64,000 nt of DNA from an uncultured Verrucomicrobiae bacterium (GTDB lineage: Bacteria; Verrucomicrobiota; Verrucomicrobiia; Chthoniobacterales; JAFAMB01): positions 640,001-704,000 of the forward strand of contig CAWAIK010000001.1 in the NCBI GenBank assembly GCA_963782115.1. The letters run 5' to 3'. The notes beneath the pieces were generated by a model, which ran no database searches, had not been told where the DNA came from, and was given only the letters and a program-made list of their open reading frames with translations. Below are positions 34,310 to 44,531 of the stretch, piece by piece; within the stretch, counting starts at the first letter, position 1; the number at the start of each line of letters is the position of its first letter. The position numbers and the translations under genes were made by a program.

Positions 34310-35503
34310 TTATTGAAAATAATCTTTGGGGTTGATCATGGTGGGCGGGGTACAGATCCGTTGCACGCACTGCTCCCAAGTCTCCTGGCCGTTGAGTATC
34401 TCGATTTCCACCCGCAAATAGTAAATGGGAACCTCGAGCGGATCGATCACCGGAAAACGAACGGCGTCTTTTTCAGTAGTGATGACCGCGCTCACGTCCC
34501 GGCGAACGCATCGTTGCAGAAACTGGCTTAACTCCTTTTCAGCGTAACGATGGTGATCTGCAAAGTGGCGCGACAATTCGATTTTTGCTCCCAGATTCTG
34601 GAGGCCTTCCTCGAAGCTTTCGGGCGCAGCAATCCCGCACAGCGAGCCGATATAGAGCCCTTTGAGGTAATCAAGCGGCAATCGTTCATCCTTGTAGACG
34701 TGCCTGAGATAGAGCGGTCGGTGACGGCACTCGATAATTTCCGCCGTACGATTGTACCGTCGAATTCTCTGAACCAGGTCGTCGTTAGTTTCGCCGTCGC
34801 ACTTTGTGATAAAAATATAGCTTGCCCTTCGAAGGTTTCGCGGTGGTTCGCGCAAAGTGCCGCGCGGCAACAGATGCTCGTTGCCGAAGGGTGCCTGGCG
34901 ATCGATCAGAACGATATCCAGACGGTGTTTAAGGTGAAGATATTGCAAACCGTCATCGAGTAACAGGGTATCCACGTCGAGCTTTTTGAGGGCATGCAAC
35001 CCGGCCTTCACTCGATCCTTATCCACGACGACCGACACTCCCCTGAGGTTCGAGGCGAGCATATACGGTTCGTCGCCTGCCGTCGCTGAGTCCAGCAATA
35101 CGCTCTTTCCGTCAGAAACGACTCTCGGTGGAATTTCCAACCCTTGCGCGAGAAGATGCTCCCACAAACTTTTTTTGCGGCGTCGATCGACGCTCTTGTA
35201 ACCACGGCTCAAAATCGCTACTCGTCGCCCCCCTTTCTGGAGGGCCCTGGCAAATTTTTCGACCACGGGGGTCTTGCCGGTTCCGCCGACTGTCAGGTTG
35301 CCGATACTGATGACGAGACACCCGAGTTGCCGCTCCTTCAGAATTCTATTGCGATAAAGGCAGAGACGGACCTGAACGATCGCGAGATAGAGGAAGGAGA
35401 GAAGTCGAAGCGCGATGCGCAATAGGGTTGCGCGAAAACCGTGCCTCTTATCGAGGATGACTTCGATCGCATATTGTTCAAGCTCATCCAGGCGCCGTCG
35501 CAT
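34310..35503 (-). CDS. lpxK: Tetraacyldisaccharide 4'-kinase
   Basis: [45 protein letters not shown]. Confidence 0.96.
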   Translation of the reverse strand: MRRRLDELEQYAIEVILDKRHGFRATLLRIALRLLSFLYLAIVQVRLCLYRNRILKERQLGCLVISIGNLTVGGTGKTPVVEKFARALQKGGRRVAILSRGYKSVDRRRKKSLWEHLLAQGLEIPPRVVSDGKSVLLDSATAGDEPYMLASNLRGVSVVVDKDRVKAGLHALKKLDVDTLLLDDGLQYLHLKHRLDIVLIDRQAPFGNEHLLPRGTLREPPRNLRRASYIFITKCDGETNDDLVQRIRRYNRTAEIIECRHRPLYLRHVYKDERLPLDYLKGLYIGSLCGIAAPESFEEGLQNLGAKIELSRHFADHHRYAEKELSQFLQRCVRRDVSAVITTEKDAVRFPVIDPLEVPIYYLRVEIEILNGQETWEQCVQRICTPPTMINPKDYFQ

Positions 35504-35514
35504 GCTCTTTTCTT

Positions 35515-36357
35515 CTAGAGGACCCGTGCTCCATCGTTGTCGGCGCTTACAACCAGGATCTTGGCGCGTTCTTCGGGCGCAGCCGCTTCGAGCGCGGAAA
35601 TAACCTCTTTGCCATCCGAGAGCGTAAGGAAGGCTACCGTGGAGCCCGAGCCACTCAGGAATCCTCCTAAAGCACCTGCGTTCGCGGCGGTCCGAAGCAA
35701 TGTGGAAAGAAATGGCACAAATTTTTCACGAAACGGCTGATGAAGCCGATCCACAAAAGCACCACGCAAATGTCCGTATTCCCCTGAAGCTAATGCGGCA
35801 GCGATCAGGCTGGCATTTCCCAGGTTCTCGACCACGTCCTGGCGTGAGAAACTAGCTGGCACCACCGTTCTCGCATGGCCGGTCTTCACTTCAAAATTTG
35901 GGATGAACAACACAAACTTCAGGGCCGGATCGACGTTAAATCGCGCGACCCGGTTGGATGTCTTGGTGACGATCGTAAACCCGCCGAAAAGTGCTGCAGC
36001 GGCGTTGTCCGGATGACCCTCCAATTCCGCGCAAAGAGCGCAAATCTCTTCCTTGGAAAGACCACTTTGGGTGATCCGATCCAACGCTATCAGAATTCCC
36101 AGCCGAATTGTGACACTGCTGCCAAGCCCTCGTGCCTGCGGGACATCACCCTCAATGGAGAAGCTGAACGGGAACCGCGTTTTGCCGGTATGCTTGAAAA
36201 AAAGGGACGCTGCCCGCGACACCATTTCTGGAGCTGGGCCCTCGCTCCGATCAACGTCGATCCTTATCCGATTCCAGAGCTGCAGAGCAATCCCCAGGCA
36301 ATCAAACCCGGGACCCAGGTTTGTCGTCGACGCCGGAACTTGGATAGAAACCGCCAT
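35515..36357 (-). CDS. thrB: Homoserine kinase
   Basis: VPASTTNLGPGFDCLG, PQARGLGSS, EGHPDN, LSGSGST. Confidence 0.95.
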   Translation of the reverse strand: MAVSIQVPASTTNLGPGFDCLGIALQLWNRIRIDVDRSEGPAPEMVSRAASLFFKHTGKTRFPFSFSIEGDVPQARGLGSSVTIRLGILIALDRITQSGLSKEEICALCAELEGHPDNAAAALFGGFTIVTKTSNRVARFNVDPALKFVLFIPNFEVKTGHARTVVPASFSRQDVVENLGNASLIAAALASGEYGHLRGAFVDRLHQPFREKFVPFLSTLLRTAANAGALGGFLSGSGSTVAFLTLSDGKEVISALEAAAPEERAKILVVSADNDGARVL

Positions 36358-36516
36358 AACAAGAAGAACGGCCAAATTGGACCACGGCGAGCGAAGGATC
36401 AACATCAGAGTTACAGGAGTACGGGGGAAGAGCTCTTGAACTTCTGTATTCTGACTTCTGTCTCCTGGTTAAGTATTTGACACCAGCGTCTTCCGAGTCT
36501 CTGGTGTCCCGCCATC

Positions 36517-37296
36517 ATGGCAAAGCAATCCGACTCGCAATTGCTCGCGGTCAGGCCGGACGGCCGCGCGAATGATCAATTGCGGCCTCTCCGTTTCACT
36601 GCCGGGATCGCTCCCAACGCGGATGGGTCTGTTTTGATCGCCACCGGTAATACTCAAGTCATTTGCGCGGCGACGGTGGAGCCGTCCGTCCCACGATGGA
36701 TGAAAGAGCAGGGAGTCGCAGGAGGCTGGATAACGGCCGAGTACTCTATGCTGCCTTATTCAACTTTGACGCGCCGCCCTCGCGACGTCTCAAAAGGGAA
36801 ACTGGACGGGCGAAGTATTGAGATTCAGCGCTTGATCGGACGGGCCCTTCGGGCTGCGGTGGATCTCGACGCCCTCGGAGAGCGGACACTCTGGATCGAT
36901 TGCGATGTTCTGCAGGCCGATGGCGGAACCAGAACAGCGTCCATCACCGGCGCTTCCGTTGCGGTTGCACTGGCGTGCGCTGGTCTGCGAGCGCGCGGAC
37001 AGATTACGCATTGGCCGCTGCGTTGTCTGGTGGCTGCCGTGAGTGTCGGCGCGGTCGATGAACGACTTCTTCTCGATTTGAACTACGAAGAGGATAAGAA
37101 TGCCGCGGTCGATATGAACGTGGTCATGAGCAGCAACGGTGCCTTTGTCGAAGTGCAGGGAGCGGGAGAGGAAGCCACTTTTTCCAGGGACGATCTCGAC
37201 AAGATGATTGGACTCGGGGAAACAGGCATCCAACGGTTGATCACAAGGCAGCGCGAATTGTTGCAATCTTCTGTGGTCGATCTTCCCGAATTTTGA
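36517..37296 (+). CDS. rph: Ribonuclease PH
   Basis: RPDGR, TAEYSMLP, EIQRLIGRALR, DVLQADGGTRTASITG. Confidence 0.97.
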   Translation: MAKQSDSQLLAVRPDGRANDQLRPLRFTAGIAPNADGSVLIATGNTQVICAATVEPSVPRWMKEQGVAGGWITAEYSMLPYSTLTRRPRDVSKGKLDGRSIEIQRLIGRALRAAVDLDALGERTLWIDCDVLQADGGTRTASITGASVAVALACAGLRARGQITHWPLRCLVAAVSVGAVDERLLLDLNYEEDKNAAVDMNVVMSSNGAFVEVQGAGEEATFSRDDLDKMIGLGETGIQRLITRQRELLQSSVVDLPEF

Positions 37297-37442
37297 CGGG
37301 TGAATCTAAATCTAAGCCGTCTTTCCTCGCAGGTAGACAGGCGAGTGAGCCAGTCGGTTTCCTATCGGTTTGACCCGCTCGTTCTCCACTCCTCTGCACC
37401 AGCAGTCCTTTCCTTCTGAGCTCCTGACTCCTGCTCCGAGCT

Positions 37443-38399
37443 TCACGCCAGGCAATGCCCCAATATTTTCTCGATCGCCGCTCGATCCAGATTTTTGCCG
37501 ATAAACACCAGCTGGCTCAAACGTGGTTCCTCCTTCTCCCACAGTCGATCCCAGTAGATCGTGAAGCGATTGTTGACTCCGTGAAAAACCGCGCGCCGCG
37601 GTGTCCCTTCGATCCAGAGAATGCCCTTTGAACGGTATACTTTGGACTTTTCGGAGAGTTCCTGCAGTTCCGCCTCCAGCCGTTCGAGCGCGAATGGCCG
37701 GTCGAAGCTAAAAGAAAACGAGGTGATATCCGAGTGATTGCTTTGCTTCAGCTCGTCCAGAAAAGCAGGTGACGCGGAAAGTTTTCGATCCAGATCGAAG
37801 ACGTTCAGATCCAGGAGTTGCTTCAGATTCACGCGCGAGCGCTCGGTGTGAAAGATTCGGGCGTGCGGGTTCAGTTCTAAAATCTGTTGCTCAAGAGCCG
37901 TGACATCCTCGGTACTCACCAGGTCAACCTTGTTGATCAAAATGAAGTCCGCCAAGGCAATCTGTTCCCGGGCAACCTCAGCCTCTCTCAGTTGAGCTGA
38001 GAGGTGTTCGGCATCGACCACCGTAATGATCGAATCAAGGCGAGCATACTGCTGTAGCTGAGGAATATTCAAAAACGTTTGTGCGACCGGCCCGGGATCC
38101 GCTACTCCGGTTGTTTCAATCAGGATGTAATCGAGTTGATCCTTCTTCAGCAACTTCTGAACACCTTTGACAAGGTCTTTCCGCACGGTGCAGCAGACGC
38201 AACCATTGCTTAACTCCACCACATCCTCGGATTGTGTCTCGACAAGTTTTCCATCTATCCCGACTTCGCCAATCTCATTGATGATCACGCCGAACCGGTA
38301 ATCGGTCTGCTCTTCCAGAATGTAATTAAGCAAGGTGGTTTTGCCCGCACCGAGGAATCCGGTGAGCACGCTGACAGGGATCACTTTTCTCGGAATCAT
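37443..38399 (-). CDS. CobW/COG0523 metallochaperone GTPase
   Basis: GFLGAGKTT, GCVCC, ETTG, NKVD, RSKG. Confidence 0.93.
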   Translation of the reverse strand: MIPRKVIPVSVLTGFLGAGKTTLLNYILEEQTDYRFGVIINEIGEVGIDGKLVETQSEDVVELSNGCVCCTVRKDLVKGVQKLLKKDQLDYILIETTGVADPGPVAQTFLNIPQLQQYARLDSIITVVDAEHLSAQLREAEVAREQIALADFILINKVDLVSTEDVTALEQQILELNPHARIFHTERSRVNLKQLLDLNVFDLDRKLSASPAFLDELKQSNHSDITSFSFSFDRPFALERLEAELQELSEKSKVYRSKGILWIEGTPRRAVFHGVNNRFTIYWDRLWEKEEPRLSQLVFIGKNLDRAAIEKILGHCLA

Positions 38400-38441
38400 A
38401 AAAAAAAGAAAAAGAGCGATCCAACGGCAGCCGGATCGCTC
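38400..38441 (-). terminator. Intrinsic terminator after rpmB
   Basis: GAGCGATCC/GGATCGCTC stem followed by a long T run on the minus strand. Confidence 0.75.
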
Positions 38442-38464
38442 CTACAAATAATGCAAAAATCGTT

Positions 38465-38728
38465 TTACACCAAACCGGCCTTCTTCAACGTCTCGAAAGC
38501 ACCGTTCTTGGCGATGGTTTTTAAGGCGCGGGCGCTGAGTTTCACAGTCACAAAGCGACTAAGCTCCGGCACCCAGATCCGTTTCGTCTTCAGGTTCGGA
38601 GTAAACAATCTGGGCGTGTTGGCGGTGACGTGTTGACCGACGCCTCCTTTTTTCTTGGCCATTCCGCGCCTGTGAATCATGTGACCCTTCGAAGGTTTGG
38701 CGCCTGTGATACTGCATTCTCTAGACAT
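38465..38728 (-). CDS. rpmB: 50S ribosomal protein L28
   Basis: MSRECSITG...RRGMAKKKGGVG...FTPNL...LSARALKTI. Confidence 0.96.
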   Translation of the reverse strand: MSRECSITGAKPSKGHMIHRRGMAKKKGGVGQHVTANTPRLFTPNLKTKRIWVPELSRFVTVKLSARALKTIAKNGAFETLKKAGLV

Positions 38729-38884
38729 AACGGGTCCTCTTGGTGAAGAGCCCGGAAGATCCCACCTTTAACGCCATCGTCAAGGGCGAAATTAAACCTG
38801 CGGATTCGGCTTCCCGGGAAAACTGCAAATTCCAATGTCGCCGCCTCTCGCGCAACAGCGGACCTGTGCTACGGTTGCATTTGA

Positions 38885-40171
38885 ATGAAGCGGAAGGTTC
38901 TCTGCGGCTTTCTGGTCGGATGCGTTTTTCTGGATTTGTTGATCGGTTTCAAGATATTGAATTCGAGCGCCGCAACGGACGATCACGGAATCGACTATGT
39001 GGCAATTGCCGGGTTCACGAGGGCGATCCAGGTGATCAGGCAGGATTATGTGGATCGAAGCGCGGTTTCCTATAAAAAGCTGACCTATGCGGCTCTGCAC
39101 GCGATGCTGCCGCACCTTGATCCGCACAGCCAATTCCTCGAGCCGGAAGATCTCAAAGACAGAGAGGATGAAACTCGAGGTGAATTTGGCGGGTTCGGCT
39201 TTACTATTTCCCGCAAGGATCAATCCGTTACGGTTTTATCGACGATGGAGAACAGTCCCAGCGCGCGAGCGGGCATTCTGCCTGGGGATCAAATTGCCGC
39301 TGTAGGCGGAAAATCCACCCTCAACATGCCGATTGAGGACCTGAACCAACTGCTACGCGGTCAGCCCAATCAACGGCTCACGCTGACGATTTACCGGCCT
39401 TCGACCAAGGAAACGAAGGATTACGAAATGCGACGCGAGATGATCAAGGTCGCGAGCGTGGTGGACGCTAGAATTCTAAATCCGGAAGAGACTGGAGGTA
39501 TCAAAATCGGCTATCTCCGAATCACCGAATTCACGGAACCGACAGCGCGTGACTTGTCTGAAAAGCTTAATTCCCTGCAGGCCGACGGAATGCAGGCGCT
39601 GATTATGGATCTTCGCTTCAATCCGGGCGGTCTTTTGACAAGCGCTGTAGATGTCTGCGGCCTTTTTTTGCCGCCCAGAACGTTGGTTGCCTATACGGAG
39701 GGCCGCGACGCTGCGCAGCGGCGAGAATATTACACGGACGATGCCAACAGGCAGAGGGCGAACTTCCCGATGGCAGTGCTGGCCAATGGATTGAGCGCCA
39801 GTGGCGCTGAAATTGTAGCGGGCGCGCTCAAGGATCTGAAACGGGCGGTCATCGTGGGCGAGACAACTTTTGGGAAAGGTGTTGTCCAGACCCCGATGCC
39901 TCTGCCAGATGGTTCTGCGCTCTGGTTGACGACCGCCAAGTATTACACTCCGGGCAAACAAGTGATTCAGGAAAAAGGCATTGCTCCCGATATCGAATCG
40001 ACGGTAGATACCGAACGAGAACGGGCACTGCTTTTGCGGCAGCGAGGCGGTCTGTTGACCGCAGAAGAGCAGAAACTGGTGCAGGAGACACCCGACACCC
40101 AGCTCGAACGTGCCGTCGATGCGCTTCGCGGTGTGATCATCTACGATCGATACGCCGCTACAGGGAAATAA
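38885..40171 (+). CDS. S41 carboxyl-terminal protease
   Basis: LDPHSQF, PDZ region, DLRFNPGGLL, SASGAEI, GETTFGKG. Confidence 0.93.
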   Translation: MKRKVLCGFLVGCVFLDLLIGFKILNSSAATDDHGIDYVAIAGFTRAIQVIRQDYVDRSAVSYKKLTYAALHAMLPHLDPHSQFLEPEDLKDREDETRGEFGGFGFTISRKDQSVTVLSTMENSPSARAGILPGDQIAAVGGKSTLNMPIEDLNQLLRGQPNQRLTLTIYRPSTKETKDYEMRREMIKVASVVDARILNPEETGGIKIGYLRITEFTEPTARDLSEKLNSLQADGMQALIMDLRFNPGGLLTSAVDVCGLFLPPRTLVAYTEGRDAAQRREYYTDDANRQRANFPMAVLANGLSASGAEIVAGALKDLKRAVIVGETTFGKGVVQTPMPLPDGSALWLTTAKYYTPGKQVIQEKGIAPDIESTVDTERERALLLRQRGGLLTAEEQKLVQETPDTQLERAVDALRGVIIYDRYAATGK

Positions 40172-40314
40172 CCTTGAGTAGCGCACTAAAACGCTAACCG
40201 GCAGTCATTGTGCGATCAGGACTGCGCTACTGCGAATTAATCGCTGCTTCTCTACCAATGCCTTCATGAAATCTCGTGGTGTGCTCAGCGGATTTCTGGA
40301 TTAAAACTGGTTTA

Positions 40315-41298
40315 ATGCACTATCGCAAATTAGGAAAAACGGACTTTAATGTCTCTGAAGTCAGCCTTGGCACGTGGCAGATCGGCGCAGGGTGGGGCAA
40401 CGTATCGGCCACTGATGCGGAGCGCGTATTGCACGCCGCGATTGACCGCGGGATCAATTTCTTCGACACCGCCGATGTCTATGGGGATGGCCGGAGCGAG
40501 GTTATCATCGCCAATGTATTGAGCGAGTCGAAAACACAAGTCTTCGTCGCCACCAAAGCGGGTCGTCGTCTGCAGCCACACACCGCCGATGGATATAATC
40601 GCGAAAATCTTACGGCTTTCGTTGAACGGAGCCTGAAAAATCTACGACGCGATCGACTCGATTTGGTGCAATTGCACTGTCCACCGAACGAAGTCTATTA
40701 TCGGCCGGAAGTATTTGCGGCGCTCGACGAACTGAAGCAAGCCGGCAAAATTCTTCACTACGGTGTCAGCGTGGAAAAGGTGGAGGAAGCACTGAAAGCA
40801 ATCGAATTCCCCGGGATCGCCACCGTGCAAATCATTTTCAACATTTTCCGGCAGCGACCTAAAGACCTGTTTTTCCCGCTCGCACAGCAGCGCGACGTCG
40901 GCATCCTCGTTCGGCTTCCACTTTCCAGCGGTCTGCTGGCCGGGAAGATGACTCGCAAGACCGCATTTGCCGAGGACGATCATCGGAACTTCAATCGAAA
41001 CGGCGAGCAATTCGATCGCGGGGAAACGTTCTCGGGCGTCGATTTCGAAACTGCGCTTGATGCCGTCGATGAAATTCGGCGGGTGGTTCCTGAAGGGGTA
41101 AGCATGGCTGACTTCGCTCTGCGATGGATTCTCGATCATCAGGCTGTCAGCTGCGTGATACCCGGAGCTCGAAACGAGCAACAGGTTATCCAGAACATCG
41201 CCGCTTCCGACCTACCCCCGTTGAAGGAGAACCAGGTCTCTGTTTTAGCGAGGCTTTACGATAAAAAGATTCGCCCGCTCGTCCACCAGCGGTGGTAA
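40315..41298 (+). CDS. Aldo/keto reductase
   Basis: LGTWQIG, FFDTADVYGDG, VATK, DLVQLH, IPGARN. Confidence 0.93.
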   Translation: MHYRKLGKTDFNVSEVSLGTWQIGAGWGNVSATDAERVLHAAIDRGINFFDTADVYGDGRSEVIIANVLSESKTQVFVATKAGRRLQPHTADGYNRENLTAFVERSLKNLRRDRLDLVQLHCPPNEVYYRPEVFAALDELKQAGKILHYGVSVEKVEEALKAIEFPGIATVQIIFNIFRQRPKDLFFPLAQQRDVGILVRLPLSSGLLAGKMTRKTAFAEDDHRNFNRNGEQFDRGETFSGVDFETALDAVDEIRRVVPEGVSMADFALRWILDHQAVSCVIPGARNEQQVIQNIAASDLPPLKENQVSVLARLYDKKIRPLVHQRW

Positions 41299-41315
41299 GT
41301 AAGTAGTAACCCTGT

Positions 41316-42710
41316 TTACTGGGTTTCCTCTTCCAGGTAGCGGATCCGCTTGTTGATATCGGTATTGATCGAGTGATACGGCTGGGCCAGGTTGCCCGGC
41401 GCAAAAAGGGTTCGCCGAATATGTTCCATATCGTCGTCGCCGACTGCGTCCGTAAAAATTGGCAGCAGGTAGTTGATCCCGAGCCGGGATGGTTTCATTT
41501 GTTTTGGATCGTAAAATTGGGAATACATGCGTCTTGCATGGATATGTCCCCAGCGGTCGCGGAACCGATTCGCATCGTAACCGCTCACCTGGAATCCTTT
41601 GGCGGCGGTGTACTGCAAGATCGAGACAGCGTTGTTGCGACCCTCAAGCAGGAGTTCAACCGCCTTGGCGCCGAGTTGCGCAGCGTAGAATCGATCGAAC
41701 ACGATCGGCCTTCCTCCTCGCTGGGTGTGTCCGACCTTCCTGGTGAAGATCGCCTCGCGAGCCGACTCCCCGCGCCGATAAAGTTGGAAATACCGGTCTC
41801 CGATCATCATTATTAATTTGTGGCGCAGTGCTTCGGCTGCGCCGCTCAGGGCCACATTCCCGGCCGGATCGGTGGTCCTGGTTTCCGCCCCCAGTTCGTT
41901 CCCTTGTTCGTCGACGATGCCTTCACCGCAGACAATAACGACGTTCTTTTGCAGGTCGTAGAGAGTCTTCACACGTTCAACCAAGTGCTCGATGTTCAGC
42001 GGATGTTCAGGCACCAGAATAATGTCCGGGCGCCCGTAGGCCGATCCGAGCGCGATATAACCGGAATGCCGGCCCATGACCTCGATGATGGCGATTCGAC
42101 GATGGCTCTCCGCAGTGGTGCGGATTCGTTCCACGCCGCTGGCTGAGACGTAGACCGCAGTCGCGTAACCCGGCGTGACATAGTTTACGATATAATCCAG
42201 ATCAAAAATCGCCTGCGATTCTCGATGCTCATAGTGGTAGTCGTTCTTTGAATTAGGTTCGTGGACGCGAACCCATTCATTTGGCTCTTCCGGATAGTTC
42301 AGCCCGAGGTCGTTATCAATCGTCTTCGGCGCCAGCACGGTCGGCAGGCGTTCCGCGAGCGGTTGTAGACCGTTCAGCGTGCCGTCTCCGCCCACACAGA
42401 TCAGGCCTTCAATCCGGAGCCGTTCCAAACGGTGCGCAATCAGATCGAGCTCCTCTGTCTTGGTTGGGTCAACGTAATCCCGGGAGGACCCGATCATCGT
42501 GCCACCCTTGGTCGGGTCCATCTCCGGGATCTCTTGGTAGAGCGGATTCAAATGAACGTGTGGGACGCGCGGGTTAAAGAGGCTGTTGAACCCCTTTATC
42601 AGCCCGACAATTTCGATTTTCAACTGATTCGCACGAACGACCGCACCTTGAATCGTGGCATTCATGGTGGGCGTATCACCCCCCGCTGTCAGGATACCAA
42701 TGCGTTTCAT
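41316..42710 (-). CDS. 6-phosphofructokinase family protein
   Basis: GILTAGGD, GGDGT, PKTIDND, EVMGR, GHTQRGG. Confidence 0.9.
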   Translation of the reverse strand: MKRIGILTAGGDTPTMNATIQGAVVRANQLKIEIVGLIKGFNSLFNPRVPHVHLNPLYQEIPEMDPTKGGTMIGSSRDYVDPTKTEELDLIAHRLERLRIEGLICVGGDGTLNGLQPLAERLPTVLAPKTIDNDLGLNYPEEPNEWVRVHEPNSKNDYHYEHRESQAIFDLDYIVNYVTPGYATAVYVSASGVERIRTTAESHRRIAIIEVMGRHSGYIALGSAYGRPDIILVPEHPLNIEHLVERVKTLYDLQKNVVIVCGEGIVDEQGNELGAETRTTDPAGNVALSGAAEALRHKLIMMIGDRYFQLYRRGESAREAIFTRKVGHTQRGGRPIVFDRFYAAQLGAKAVELLLEGRNNAVSILQYTAAKGFQVSGYDANRFRDRWGHIHARRMYSQFYDPKQMKPSRLGINYLLPIFTDAVGDDDMEHIRRTLFAPGNLAQPYHSINTDINKRIRYLEEETQ

Positions 42711-42914
42711 AAATGACTGCTTATCTCCTCACCCTCTGGCGGTCCTCCCGCGTTCTCTATTTATTCCGGCTCCCCGCGGTTTCCAAAGCTTTTAAATTTG
42801 CGCATCCGGAAAAGCTCGTTTTTTGATTTAAACCGAACTCCAAACCGGCTATGGTGTTTGGCCTGTACCGGTCGTTCAGGAAGGCCAAATTCTAACACCA
42901 GAAATCATTCAAAT

Positions 42915-43268
42915 ATGGAAGATCGTGTTGTGTTGACTAAAATGGCAGGCTCCGCCTTGGCTGGATTGCTCTTCTTCGTTACCGCCATGTTTACGACGAT
43001 GCTCGATTTGACAGTTCTCTGGCGGAACATCTGGCTGGGATTTTGCCTCATCTTTTTTGTGCTGGCGGTGGCCGGCGTTTTTATCCTTTGCGGGGATCTC
43101 AATTCCGAGCACTCCGAACCAGACGACTGCGAAACCAAACGAATAGCGAGCGTTCGACACTGGATGAATGGAATTCCTGGTGGCTGCCGGTTCCTTGTTG
43201 TGGGTTGCGTTACTTCTCGTGCCTTGGCGACCCTGGAGCACCAGGGAACGTCTCGAACCGGGGGATGA
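42915..43268 (+). CDS. Small two-TM hypothetical protein
   Basis: Two hydrophobic segments; 3' end overlaps hpnB so true stop is uncertain. Confidence 0.4.
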   Translation: MEDRVVLTKMAGSALAGLLFFVTAMFTTMLDLTVLWRNIWLGFCLIFFVLAVAGVFILCGDLNSEHSEPDDCETKRIASVRHWMNGIPGGCRFLVVGCVTSRALATLEHQGTSRTGG

Positions 43269-44283
43269 ACGGGGCGAGCCGAATCCTTGTGATGTAACCG
43301 TGCTTATTCCGGCGCGGAACGAAGCGGCGGTCATTGGACGCACGCTATCGGCTCTCGGCACTCAGGGTCCGGGTCTGAAAGTGATTCTGGTGGATGATCA
43401 GTCCTCGGACGAAACCGCTTCTCTCGCCCTCTCGAAACTTGGGACCGGGCTCAAGGTAATCAAGGGGAAGCCTCTTCCTTCAGGCTGGACAGGTAAACTT
43501 TGGGCTCTCGAGCAAGGCTGGCGGAACACCAATACCGAACTGGTGTTGCTTCTGGATGCTGATATTGAGCTTGACCCTCGAATGATCGGAACGCTGAAGC
43601 AAAAACTGATCGAGGAACAGCTCGATCTCGTCTCGATCATGGCTTGGTTGCGCATGGAAACCTTCTGGGAAAAACTGCTCGCGCCCGCCTTCATTTATTT
43701 TTTCAAGCTGCTCTATCCCTTTTCTATCGGCAATGACCCGAATTCCAGCCTCGGAGTGGCAGCGGGCGGATGTATTCTTGTTCGGTCGGATTCGCTCCGG
43801 AAAACAGGTGCTTTTCTCTCAATCCGGGACGCCATCATTGATGACTGTTCGCTTGCCGGCAGCGTCAAGAAATCCGGAGGACGCACTTGGATCGGCCTGA
43901 GCCATTCGGCGCGAAGCCATCGCCCGTATGCGCAACTTTGGAGCTTTTGCGAGATGGTGGAACGCACCGCTTTCACGCAATTGAGCTATTCAGTGTGGCT
44001 GCTGCTCGCTACGACGTTCTTGATGTTGCTCGTCTTTTGGCTTCCCTGCGCCGGCCTTCTCTCTTCGTCGCTCGCGGTCAGAAATTTCGCCTTGATTGGA
44101 ATTTGCGCCATGCTCTGGTCTTATCTGCCGACCCTGCGCTACTATCGGAGATCGGTTCTATGGGCTGCGATGCTCCCGTTCGTCGGCGGCCTGTTTCTTC
44201 TCATGACATGGTCGTCTGCTGTAGGTTATTGGCGCGGTCAACGTTCGGAGTGGAAAGGCCGTGTCTATGCCCAAACGCCGTGA
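43168..44283 (+). CDS. hpnB: GT2 glycosyltransferase, HpnB-like (hopanoid-associated)
   Basis: IPARNEA, VDDQSSD, GWTGKLWAL, DADI, AAGGCIL, IDDCSLA, RTAFTQL, WKGR. Confidence 0.85.
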   Translation: MEFLVAAGSLLWVALLLVPWRPWSTRERLEPGDERGEPNPCDVTVLIPARNEAAVIGRTLSALGTQGPGLKVILVDDQSSDETASLALSKLGTGLKVIKGKPLPSGWTGKLWALEQGWRNTNTELVLLLDADIELDPRMIGTLKQKLIEEQLDLVSIMAWLRMETFWEKLLAPAFIYFFKLLYPFSIGNDPNSSLGVAAGGCILVRSDSLRKTGAFLSIRDAIIDDCSLAGSVKKSGGRTWIGLSHSARSHRPYAQLWSFCEMVERTAFTQLSYSVWLLLATTFLMLLVFWLPCAGLLSSSLAVRNFALIGICAMLWSYLPTLRYYRRSVLWAAMLPFVGGLFLLMTWSSAVGYWRGQRSEWKGRVYAQTP

Positions 44284-44298
44284 AAAGGACCCGAAGGA

Positions 44299-44403
44299 CT
44301 ACCTTGCTCCGTTTCGCGCAAGGTTAGTCGCGATGGCGCTGCCAATCCCCCGGCTTGCCCCTGTGACAATGGCGACTCTATTTGCTAAACGATCTGAATT
44401 CAT
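44299..44403 (-). pseudogene. N-terminal stub of a short-chain dehydrogenase
   Basis: MNSDRLANRVAIVTGASRGIGSAIATNLARNGAR* (TGxxxGIG motif, then stop). Confidence 0.8.
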
Positions 44404-44531
44404 GTTTGCCTTTGTTAGCGAAAATGCCTATCGACGCTCTAAACGAAAAGTGCTAGCTTCTCCCGCCAGCGGGTTGTGAGACGTCAGCTTTCAGGCTGGC
44501 GCTTGGGCACATTGAAAGAAAGGTATTGATT

